64,000 nt of DNA from Octopus bimaculoides (Eukaryota): assembly GCF_001194135.2 (NCBI RefSeq), contig NC_069003.1, positions 36,254,225 to 36,318,224 of the forward strand, read 5' to 3'. Shown piece after piece: positions 1-12,022 of this stretch (within the stretch, counting starts at the first letter, position 1; each line of letters opens with the position of its first letter). Below the pieces are notes generated by a model. That model searched no databases. It saw nothing but the letters and a program-made list of their open reading frames with translations, and was not told the origin of the DNA. The position numbers and the translations under genes are program-made.

Positions 1-269
1 GTGAGTGAACGTGTGTTTTCATGTATGTGTAAGTGGAACTCTCTCCCCCCTCTCTCTCTCACACACACGTCCATTTCATATACACGTTCATACATCTTTC
101 ACTTTCTCTTCTCTTTCACTTTAAAACAAAAGTAACAAGTGATTTTGAAGGTAGCAATTGTTTTAAAAAAAGCTTCTACTCATGTAAATTGATTACTATT
201 GTTTGGATAGTTCCAATTAAATAAGTCTAGAAGTTAGGTTAAATACATATATATATACATGCATAAGTA

Positions 270-346
270 CCGTGAATTCCCATTCTACAAACTGGCAAAC
301 AATTCCTTGAATGCTTTACCGGGCAACGCTGCGTAGTAAGTCTAGT
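270..346 (+). mobile_element. Probable non-autonomous Helitron 3' terminus
   Basis: accgggcaacgctgcgtagtaagtCTAGt: degenerate GC-rich hairpin about 10 nt before a terminal CTAG followed by T. A Helitron-like 5' end (TCTATATATAAAA..ctgtctgt) lies on the minus strand near 758. Confidence 0.45.
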
Positions 347-394
347 TAGAATTTAAAGCGAAAGAATAAAAGTGAAACTATTACATCACATTAC

Positions 395-606
395 AAATGG
401 AGGCCGCATCGTACCATTTCCAAGTGGGTGAGGGCCGCATCATAAAACACATGCATGAAATATTAATTGTCCACTTTACACTGAATTTTTTGCAGTTCTT
501 AATTTTATTTGCCTTCGTATGAAAGTTTATTTGTCTCAGTATGAAATTAGTAACCTAGAAACTCGTCGAGGGCCGCACAACAACATGTCGAGGGCTTTCG
601 ACACGT
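395..606. mobile_element. Possible hAT/Charlie-type MITE remnant
   Basis: GAG(G)GCCGCA motif at about 399, 430 and 568, partial at 590; recalls hAT subterminal repeats. Confidence 0.35.
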
Positions 607-875
607 AATACCAAACCAATGCCAATGTTATATTGTTTTAATCCAAATGAAACAAAAAAAATTACATGTTGACACAACCTTGTAAAGTTTGATTCCATTT
701 GGTCGGCCGTTTGAGAATGCATAGGGAACAGACAGATAAAAAGAATTTTATATATAGAGAGAGATAAAATATATTGAAGTATTTTCATTCAAGATAGAAC
801 TTTTCAGCTGGAACCATTTTCAATAATTTCCCCGATCTGAAAGTCAATCATCAAATTTTTATTTGGTAGTCTAAG

Positions 876-1507
876 NNNNNNNNNNNNNNNNNNNNNNNNN
901 NNNNNNNNNNNNNNNNNNNNNNNNNNNNNNNNNNNNNNNNNNNNNNNNNNNNNNNNNNNNNNNNNNNNNNNNNNNNNNNNNNNNNNNNNNNNNNNNNNNN
1001 NNNNNNNNNNNNNNNNNNNNNNNNNNNNNNNNNNNNNNNNNNNNNNNNNNNNNNNNNNNNNNNNNNNNNNNNNNNNNNNNNNNNNNNNNNNNNNNNNNNN
1101 NNNNNNNNNNNNNNNNNNNNNNNNNNNNNNNNNNNNNNNNNNNNNNNNNNNNNNNNNNNNNNNNNNNNNNNNNNNNNNNNNNNNNNNNNNNNNNNNNNNN
1201 NNNNNNNNNNNNNNNNNNNNNNNNNNNNNNNNNNNNNNNNNNNNNNNNNNNNNNNNNNNNNNNNNNNNNNNNNNNNNNNNNNNNNNNNNNNNNNNNNNNN
1301 NNNNNNNNNNNNNNNNNNNNNNNNNNNNNNNNNNNNNNNNNNNNNNNNNNNNNNNNNNNNNNNNNNNNNNNNNNNNNNNNNNNNNNNNNNNNNNNNNNNN
1401 NNNNNNNNNNNNNNNNNNNNNNNNNNNNNNNNNNNNNNNNNNNNNNNNNNNNNNNNNNNNNNNNNNNNNNNNNNNNNNNNNNNNNNNNNNNNNNNNNNNN
1501 NNNNNNN
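876..1507. other. Assembly gap (N run)
   Basis: Other gaps: 16494-17054, 19119-19170, 20532-20599, 25597-26046, 29250-29875, 43773-43782, 47545-47554, 57058-57294. Confidence 1.
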
Positions 1508-1875
1508 GGCGAAATGCTGAGTAGTATTTCGTCTGCCGTTACGTTCTGAGTTCAAATTCCGCCGAGGTCGACTTTGCCTTTCATCCTTTCGGGGGTTGAT
1601 AAATAAAGTACCAGTTACGCACTGGGGTCGATGTAATCGACTGAATACCTTTGTCTCTCCTTGTTTGACCCCTCTATTTTAGACCTTGTGGGCAATAAAG
1701 AAATAAGAAACGTTAGCATGCCACGACATTTTGCCCGTCTACGTTCTGAGTTCAAAATTCCGCCGAGGTTGACTTTGCCTTTCACCCTTTCGAGGTCGAT
1801 AAAATAAGTACCAGTTGAGTACTAGTGTCCATGTGGTCGATTTATCTCTTCCTCCGAAATTTGAAATCATTATAA
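1508..1875 (+). mobile_element. Two head-to-tail family A SINE copies
   Basis: gttctgagttcaaa(a)ttccgccgaggt(c/t)gactttgcctttca occurs at about 1543 and 1743. Confidence 0.8.
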
Positions 1876-2525
1876 AGCAAGAAGAATATTTTACAGTATA
1901 TTTAGTTCTGAACATTTTCGTAGTAAATAGCAAACTGGCCGAGGTCAGCTTTGCCATTCGTCTTTCCAGGGGCCGTTAAAATAAAAATAATAATAAAAAC
2001 CAGTCATGTATTGGAACGTTTTAATATTCTCACAAGACATCATAGGCATGGGCTCCGAACCACAGAACATTGGATACCAAAGTAACACCAAGTTCATTAC
2101 AAAGAACATTGCGAAGAAGCTTCTAGAACCTGGGCTGTAAAGGTTATGTACTGGTCTCTCAGTCAATCGACCAGTCAACTCTACTTATCTTTCCAAATAC
2201 CTGTCGAACAATCTATCGATGTCTTCATTATGTGTTTATATAATACTGTCTGTTGATCTGTTTACTTATTTACCTTTCAATCCATTTATCCATCTTGTCT
2301 AACTCGCATTTCATCCTTGATTGAGAAGACATTTGACGGCAGAGTCAATGTTAGAAGAAGGAAGGGTGGTGGATTAGGCTGCTATTTCTAGCAGTTCGAG
2401 CAATTGCACACAAAATCTCTCGTTGGTTCCATTCGACCATCTTAGAGTAATGTATTCGACGATTGGTAGGTATGGTTCGTAGATGTGCGGAGGACAGGTA
2501 GAGAGAAGCACGCACATAGATAGAT

Positions 2526-2559
<34 letters not shown>

Positions 2560-2725
2560 TGAAAGAAAGAACTATATAGATAGAGACAGAGAAAAATATA
2601 TATATAGATAGATAGATACATATAAAGAATGAGTGAAAGAGAGAGAGAGAGATCCGGTATTATTTGTGAGGGGTGTCAACCGGGTTCGGTAACCGGCAAA
2701 CTTCCCAAAACACGCACCGTCTCAC

Positions 2726-2740
2726 TGACGTATGACGTCA
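2726..2740. promoter_or_regulatory. Tandem CRE/ATF site (half-site TGACGT plus full TGACGTCA) in a CpG-enriched patch
   Basis: tgacgtatgacgtca at 2726-2740 inside CpG-rich 2650-2850, which contrasts with the CpG-poor background. Confidence 0.45.
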
Positions 2741-3908
2741 CTAAGTCATCCTGCGATCAGGGATCGGTTCTAGGCCAAGAAGTTGATGGTTTTGTCGTGT
2801 TTGGGACCGAACACCGAATCAGTAATCCTCCCGTTTTGCCGCCCGGTACACTTAGTTTCGCTTTAAAAAATATTTTGTGTATACAGTATATATAATATAT
2901 TTTATTGAAGAGACTTTTTCTGATATACACATATATATAGCTACACACACGCGTATTTATAGACACTGTTCCACGTATAAATATACGTGTATATATACGT
3001 GTATATATACGTGTATATATAATCCTTTTTGTTTTTGTCCATATACATGTTTCATCTTTTGCTGTAGGCTGAACGATCGCATGTGACGAATCATCTGTTT
3101 CTTTCGATCGCATGCATGAATCTCCATAATGCATATCTGAAATCCACACACACACACACACACATGAAACATAAAAGACGGAGATAAAGCATGTTTATAT
3201 GTCACGTTTAGAAGGAATTATGATGGCGGCGGTTGTGGTGTATCAGAAAGGATACCCAGAGACACTGGACAACAACAATGCGATTGGTGCAAGACGATGT
3301 GCTGCAGTGACAGATATGCTGCACTGATTCCTGAAGTGAATAATAATAATAATAATAATGGTGGTGGTGGTGGCGGTGGTGAAAGTAGTAGTAGTAGTAA
3401 TGTGATTACAAATAAGAAGAGGAAGACGAAAGAGAATCGAACGTGAGTTGAGGAGGAAGAAGTAAAGAAGACCATTATCTCCATTGGTGATGTTTGCAGA
3501 AACAGCAGCAACACCAACATAAACAACTGCAACAACAGCAACGGCAGTAATTTAAAGAGCAGTAGCAGCAGCTGTGAAATCGACAACATCAACATCTGCA
3601 GCAGTTGTAAGAAGAAGAAGAGAAAGAACACTTATTTGTAAAATACCAATAGCAACAAGAACGTTATTTGCAAACAACAAGGATTTTTATTTGTGACAAT
3701 ACGATCGGCATGGATATCGTTTGGGGGAACAACGACCGTGTTTAATAACGCTAAGAAGATATTTGGAAGATTTCAGGGGGGGAAAACAAAATGATGACCC
3801 TTCTTCCGTATCAAGGATTTTAACTTGCGGTGAGAAGAACAAAGATACTTTTAACAACAACAGAAAGAATATTTGTCAAGACGGAAACGAAGGAAGAGAT
3901 AGAAGTAC

Positions 3909-3949
<41 letters not shown>

Positions 3950-4111
3950 CACGCACACACACATATGCAGACAAACAGACAGACACGAATCCTGAAGTAG
4001 TGGAAATTTTCAAGAACGAATGTTTTAGAAACAACAGCAACCAAACACGGAACAAGAAAGATTTGAATTTAATTTTCTGAAAAGTGAAACAACCTGCAAC
4101 GAGGACAACAC

Positions 4112-4144
<33 letters not shown>

Positions 4145-5378
4145 TATAAGGAACTAACCGTGCCAACCTCTACGTATCCGCTCCCACTGCTAGATGTAAC
4201 GACCAAATTATCCTCAAATTTCACATTTGGAAGAAGAAAAAAAAAGACATTGGATAAAGTAGTCTTCCATTAAATTGTGGTTGGAAAAATTAAGACGGAA
4301 TGATGATAGGTAAATCGCCTTTGACCATTGATCTTTTAGATTGGGGTTGACCGCAGCCAAACAACATTACTACTCCGGATACAGAAGCAGCTTACCGCAA
4401 TATTACTGTGATAACGGACACGAAGCATGCTATATATATATGTGGGTATATAAAATATATCTGATATTATATATCAATATGTTTGTGTAATGAAGGTAAG
4501 GCAGTTGAGCAACGGGAGTCTGAGAGTAACTGTTGCTTCTTCAGTAACAAACGGGGATTACGTTTTCCCCACCACCACCAGCACGTCTCCTAATTGTATT
4601 ACCATTTTATGGCACCGAGATTCAGACATGACGTTACAGCACAGTTCGTCTGGTCAGGCATGGACATTATTCTATACAGTTCTTCCAATACAGCTGTTTA
4701 CATGATTGATAATAGCAACTGGCCATAACTCGGAACATTAGCAGAAAAAACCCCCCCACTCTGTCTGACATAACCAACAGACACAATTTCATTAAAACAA
4801 AACCACCACACACACTATATATATATATATACACGCGCACATACATTCACACATTAACAACAATAAACATTTACACATACATACGCACGTATCTACCTGT
4901 CTGTTTACACACAAAACTACAATAATACACTGAATGTATCAATAACATTATACACACAAACACTCTCTCTCTCTCAGACACACACCGATAACAGCATATT
5001 ACTGCATTTTGATGTATACATCCATTATTAACAACTCCGACAATCTATTTTATATTATACATACATACACAAACTAAATAAACTATGAAACCAATGAAGG
5101 CACATCTATATGGTCACTAGACTTACTAGAAATAGCTGTTGAATTTCCGATATATCACACTCTACCGACTTTTTCTATCAAGCGAAAGGGAAGGAAATAC
5201 AAAATAATGTGGCCATAAAAAAAAAGGGATGATCACGGTTAAAATGTGTTTTAAATCAGAACTGAACTGGTGCTAACCCAACAACACAGCTACAAAGTGA
5301 GCCAGTAAAACGTACGCAAACACAATAACGATCCAAATAAACGGAAAGAAGAGAAGAAACAAAGACAGCGTGTAAGAG

Positions 5379-5637
5379 ATGGCAGACGGCTACAAGAGAC
5401 AGTTTTTATTGTTGGTGCTGTGTACATCGTTATGGTTGGAACAGATGTTAGCAGAATCTTATGACGGTCACCAACGAGACGATGGCCAGCAGCAAGGACA
5501 GTATAATAATCATCACCATCACAATCATGATTATTACCATCATCATCAACAGCAGTATCCTTATGACGGCAGCGACCTGTCCGTTTGGTTGGAGAAACAC
5601 AGACTTGCCGAGTACACGGACTTATTGTCATCAGCAG
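5379..5637 (+). CDS. AREL1: AREL1 exon 1: signal-peptide-like N-terminus, His/Gln-rich tract, start of SAM-like domain 1
   Basis: ATG 5379; MADGYKRQFLLLVLCTSLWLEQMLAES...DLSVWLEKHRLAEYTDLLSSA; donor G|gtaagt at 5638, phase 1. Confidence 0.8.
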
Positions 5638-8600
5638 GTAAGTACAGTTGAGTTTTTCAGGACACGGGTCAGGGTTCTGTTCGTTTGGGGGTTTGGCAGC
5701 TTAGGGTTACGACTTCCACCTGGTGACGGAGGAAGTTTGATCAGTGTCGTAGGCTTTTCGGGGTTAAAGTTCAAGAAGTTGTTTGGAATGGAGAACGGTG
5801 ATTTGGCGGGGACGGGACGAGAGCCCGTGCTTCAATTAATCGTCTCTTGCAAGTTATTGTGCTGCGAGAGATTATTAGTTTGCGAGATTGGATTAAAATT
5901 GGACAGTTTTTTTGTTTTGTTTTTTTGCAAAGAAAGACTTGTATTTAATCGCATTTAGGGTAGCCTTGACAGCTGGTGGTCTGGTTGTGAGAATTAACTT
6001 TGGGTATTGTTTTAGATTAGATTAGAAACAAGAAAATTTTTTAAACTCCAGTCAGAAGCAAGACGGTTGCAGCATGACTGCATGTCTTACTATCTCAACT
6101 TGTGAAAATCATAGAAATCAGTGGAACTGGTGAAGTCTTTAAACGTTTAAAAATAAAAAATCTAAACAAATCCCGGTTCATTTCCAACTTCTTTTATATA
6201 TATGTGTGTGTGTGTGTGTGTGTATCATCATCATTATCATCATTTAACATCTGTTTTCCATGCTGGCATGGGTTGGATGGTTTGAAAGGAGCTGGCGAGA
6301 CTGGAAAGCTGCCCCAGGCTCCGTTTGTCTCTTTTGACATGGTTTCTACAGCTGGATACCCTTCCAAATGCCAACCACTTTACAGAGTGTACTCGCTGCT
6401 TTTTATATTGCACCAGTGGGACCAGCACAAGTGCTTTTCACCTGTGTGCTGGTTCTTGTTTAAACCAATGCCATTGTTTTCGAGTGTTTACTTCAAATAA
6501 GCACAAACGTGGCCATGTGGTTGAAAGGCTCAATTTACCACCATGTGGTCTTAGGTTCAGTCCCGATGCATGGCACCTTGGGTAAACGTATTCCACTGTA
6601 GCCCCAAGTCAACCAAAGCCCCGTGAGTGAATTTGGTGAATAGAAACTGTGTGGAAGCCCTTCAGATTGCGTGTGTGCCTTTGTGTTTGTCCCCCATCAC
6701 TACTTGACAGCCAGTGTTTGGTTTGGCAAAAGAAACTAAGAGAAAAAGACCCAGGCTTAAAAAGAAAATGTACTTGGGTCAATTCATTCAACTAAAAATT
6801 CTTCAAAGTGGTGCTCCAGCATGGCCACAGTCCAATGTTGAAACAAGTAAAAGGATAAAACAGAAAAAAGAAAAACCATAACCACTCCATCTTTTCTTTT
6901 CCCTTCAGACCCTTTGTCTGTCCTTCTTGTTTCAAAACAGTTGTGTGTAATTTCAAAGAGTTTTGGTTGCTATTTCATGACAGGTCAAGCTACTGCATAG
7001 AAGACACCATGTTGGGTGAGGAATATAATTCTTCTGAGGTCAAAGGTTGTAGGTCAAAGGTTGGCTACTTGTGTATTTTGATTTGACAGAAATACACCAA
7101 CCGTCACAAACGTTGCTATATTTGACATGTTGGATTCATAACCTCTCCACTGCCCCACCCAGGCATCATTCAGCTGTGGGTTGTAGCTTTAGAAGCATTG
7201 AAATCCAGTCTGTTCAGTCATTGTCCAAAGCTTGCTAACCTGTGGTCATCACTGTCCTTATTTTAACAGGTATTGTGTGCTTAAGACTACTTTATCCAAT
7301 AAGTGGCTACTTTTTCTTCTTTAAAATGGTCAGGGTGTGATTTGAGGGACATTGGGCTACTATTTTTAGCAGGTCAAATAACCATAAAGAAGCTTCCTTG
7401 TTAGCTTTTATAAACACTCTGTGTGTGTGTGTTTCTGTCTGTCTGTGTGCGTACATGTACACACATAGCCGAGTGGCTCCACCTGTCACCATACAGATTG
7501 AAATCATATAAATTGTTGGAGATATATTCTTAACCTTTTTGTTTTGTATTTATTTTGTATTTCTGCCTTTGTTTGAGTTAATTATTAAAATAACGAAGGA
7601 TTTATTAATTTAACTTTCTCATTATCAAGCTGGAGTCTGGAACCAATTAGCATAGAATTTTGATGGAAGGTTATAATTTAGCCCTTTAGCACTGAAACCA
7701 GTCATATCCGGTCAGAATACTCTACCTGTTTTAGGTTCAAATTGACCAGATCTGGCCTCTCACACCTACCCTACAATGTCATGTTAAAACTATAACACCA
7801 CATCATCAAAATCACAAAGTTATAACACAATGAATGAGTAATTCAAAGCAATAACCCCTGACCCCTTTGCAACTGTGCCACATGTACTGTTAAGGTCACC
7901 ATGCAGTTCACAGGACTACAAACCCTGAGAGAGTGGGGTCAGCTTCATAGTAGGGGACAATGGGGCTACTATAAGTTAAAAAAAGCAGATAAGAAATGCA
8001 CCAACAGAAAACAGACACAGAAGGTTGCCAAGTCCTTATCAGTTGCGTCTGTTTTCCGTTTGTGCATTTATTCCATGTTTCTGAACTTATTTAATTAATG
8101 TCACGTATTGTCTCTTATTTTGTTTACAGTCAGGGTTTTTATATGTGTGTGTGTGTACATGTGGTGCCACATGAAAAGCACTGGTGCTGGTGCCACATGA
8201 AAAGTGCCCAGTCCACCTTGTAAAGGGGGTTGGCATTAGGGAGGGCATCCAGCCATAGAAACCATGCCAAAACGGACAACTGGAACCTGGTCCAGCTCTC
8301 TGCTCTTGCCAGTTCCTATCAGACTGTCCAACCCAGGCCAGCATGGAAAACTGACCTTGAATGATAATGATGATGGTGGTGGTGATGATGATGGTGATGA
8401 CACAGAGCTAGCTGAGAGATCTGATATTCTTCTCGTTGGTAAATAATCATGCATTAATGATTTATTAGTGTTCATAACAAGTAAAAACTGTTAGCCATCT
8501 AAATTATCAATTATCTCCAAATGTCTTCAGTGCAACAGTGTAAGCTGTTGCCATATTTATACTCTCGGCTACTCTCCCCTCCACCACTGGCCTTAACAAC

Positions 8601-11600
8601 CTTCACCTCCCACCTAGTCACCTCTCATAATAATAACTTTACTTGGTAGTTAAACACTGCCAACATACTGGGGCCAGCCTCTTTCCCATCTGCCTCAAAC
8701 TACCACCCTAAGATTCCCTCTCTCTCTCTCCCTCTCTGTATCTCTGTGTGTTTCTCTTTCTCTTCATATCACTTGATTTGTTGTAAATGAATGTCATTCT
8801 TTTCCCTGTTTTCTCCGAGAACATCCAAGGCCAAAGGGAAATATTACAAGTAAGGGTTGGTGACAGGGAGGGCACCTGGCCATCAAATACCTGCCTCAAT
8901 AAACTCCATCCGACTGCTGCAAGCAGGGAAAGGTGGACGGTAAAATAATGTTTTGGACAAATGGGCCGTGCCCGTAGTTTTTGCTCACCGTAGGGGACTA
9001 GTGGAATTAATGTGGTTTAGATTTTTAAGAGTACATCCATTCTGAGGACAAAGTCCTTGACGTGCGTCCTGGTCAGAGTGGAAGCAGAATAAGGTTGATA
9101 AGAAGAGAAAAGTGGAATAATAAGTTGAGAGTGCCTTAGTGAAGATAGCCCAGACAAACTAGTTGGCACTGCGAAACACAGAGGTCACTGCTCTGACTGT
9201 AGAAATGGCAGCCACAGGGTGGAGTAGTGTTTTGATCTGCAGATTTATAGCAGCAATCAGCCAAGAAGCCTTCCTGTGACTTCACGGGAATGTTATCTTC
9301 TTGTCTGATCACAACTCTTCTCTGTTTATCTTTATCTTTTCTGCTGTTTGGTTTTGGACTTTATACTTTGGTCCAATTTCTTGATATTTGTTATTTTGAT
9401 TACCTTCGTGCAACTGAAGAGCAAACACAAAAGGATTATTGCTCTTATAAAAAAAGGAACTGAAGTGTGACCATGCTGGGGCACAACTTCCTAAGGATTT
9501 TCCTTGTTCCTGTCGATGCCAATACTTATTTTAATTTTATTGATTCCTTTTAGAAAAAATGTAGAATATACCAAAGAGTGGTACCAAACCCAGAACCCAC
9601 ATGGCTCCAAAATAAACTTCCCAGGCTCAATTTTTTTGTTTTAGCAAGGTTACTACAGCTGGACGCCCTTCCTAACACCAACCATTTTACAGCGTGTATT
9701 GGGTGCTTTTGTGCAACACTGGCACAGGATGGGCCCCATGGAGGCAATGACGAGTGACCAAGACCTTTTGCCAAGCCACGGGAAACCATAGTCATGGCTG
9801 ATGCCGGTGCCACGCAAATGGCACCCATTCTGGTGACACATAAAAGCATCCGTTACATTCTTGGAGTGGTTGGTTTTAGGAAGGGCATCCAGCCGTAGAA
9901 ACCATTCCAAATTAGGCAATGAGCTGGCAGAGGCGTTAGCACGCCGGGCAAAATGCTTAGCGGTATTTCGACTGCTGTTACGTTCTGAGTTCAAATTCCG
10001 CCGAGGTCGACTTTGCCTTTCATCCTTTCGGGGTTGATAAATTAAATACCCATGAAACACTGGGGTCGATGTAATCAACTAGGCCCCTCCCCACAAGATT
10101 TCAGGCCTTGTCTCTTTAGTAGAAAGGATTATTATTATTATTATTAAACTAGACATAGATGTGGCTGTGTGGTAAGAAGCTTGCTTCCCAACCATATGGT
10201 TCCAGGTTCAGTCCCACTGCCTGGCACCTTGGGCAAGTGTCTTCTATTGTAGCCTTGGGTCAACCAAAGCCTTTTGAGTGGATTTGATAGATGGAAACTG
10301 AAATAAGCCCATCATATATATATGTGTATGTACGCATGTATTTGTCTGTGTTTGATCCCCCCCCCCATCGCTTGACAACTGGTGTTGGTGTGTTTATGTC
10401 CTCTATATATATGTATTTATGTATGTATTTATGTATGTATGTATATATGTATGTATGTATGTATGTGTATATATGTGTGTGTGTGTGTGTGTATATACAG
10501 AGTGAGAGATATCTCTCTTTCCATATATATGTGTGTGTGTATGTGAGAGACAGACAGACAGACAGTAAGAGCTGTTGCATGTTTCTTTTTTTATTTTATT
10601 TAATACCCCCCCACCATCCCCGTCCAATTCTTTATGCCAATTATTTTTCAGACAAATGTTGCCTGCAATATGTTTTAACACATGTATAACTGTAAGCGTG
10701 TGTGGGTGGCTGGGTGTGGGTGTGTATTCAGATTTTTTCTTTTTCCTATCCATTTCCATGTTACTCCCATGTCTTTCATTGATTCGTTATGTTTTTATTA
10801 CTTTTTTATTGTATAATAACGATGATAAACAACAACTTATTTTAGGCCGTAACCCTTCTCCTATTGTGTTATTGTCTTTTATCGTATTTCATGTTAATCT
10901 CTCGTTTCTCTCAAGTAAACACCATCGACCAACAACAACAATAAAATAATGTTTGAAAAGGAAGCAAGACAAACAAAAAAATGAATATATTTTACTTTTT
11001 TTTACTTCAAATAGTTGTTATTTCGGTTGATTTGTGGTTTGTAATTGCAGCCTCTCTTTATTTGCAAAATAAACTTTATTATTCAGGGATAAACAAACGA
11101 TTATTTGATTGTGGCTGACCCACAAGAGGCAAAGATGTAGAAAAATATATTTAAGGGGAAAAAAAAGAAAAGAAAAATTTTACAATGTTATGGAAGGCAA
11201 TAAGTGCATTAATTATTCGACCATTTTCCTGTGAACAAGCGTTCTTTTACTCTTTCACTTGTTTCAGTCACTGGACTGCAGGTCATACTGGAGCACTGCC
11301 TTGGAATGGTTACCCCAGGAATTATTTTTTAAAGTCTAGATCTTAATCTATTAGATCCTTTTATCGATCTGCTACATTAAAGGGACATAAATAAACCAAC
11401 ACTGGTTATCAAGCAATAGGGGATCAAACACACACACACACACACATGCAAATAACAAGTCTCTCAAAATGCCTGTCTGCCAGATTCACTCTGAAGGCAT
11501 TGGTTGGCCCAGGACCACAGTAAAAGATACTTGCTCAAGGTGCACGCTGTAAGATTGAACCCCTACAAACCCAGTCAGCTGCATCATACAAATGGTAATT

Positions 11601-11976
11601 TAGGTGTCAGTAGCGATTTGTGGGATTTAAGCCAAGACATTCTAGTTTAAAAAATCAAAAGCCTATAACTGAAAGAGTATATGTCTAGCATGCAGGTCCC
11701 CTCGTTCAGGTCCTCTCGTTCCAGCTGTTGTTTATCAAAAATGAAAAACTTGTATTAAAATCAAATTTGCAACATATATGTAATCACCAGTGTGTGTGTG
11801 TGTGACCCCTATATAGAGAGAAAGCAATATATATACCATCTTTCAAGCTGTTTGTCATAAAAAAAAAAATTTATATTAAAATCGAATTTGTTATATGTAT
11901 GTACATATATATATGTGTGTGTGTGTGTGTATTATATATATGTTCCATGCCAGCATACACACACATCTCTGTATGT

Positions 11977-12022
<46 letters not shown>

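Noticed and set aside
851-1555. Long ORFs of X residues (also 16315-17280, 25560-26348, 29154-30012)
   Set aside because: Artefacts of N gaps.
3444-3446. Selenocysteine or read-through TGA
   Set aside because: No recognisable SECIS or selenoprotein homology; the surrounding sequence is low complexity.
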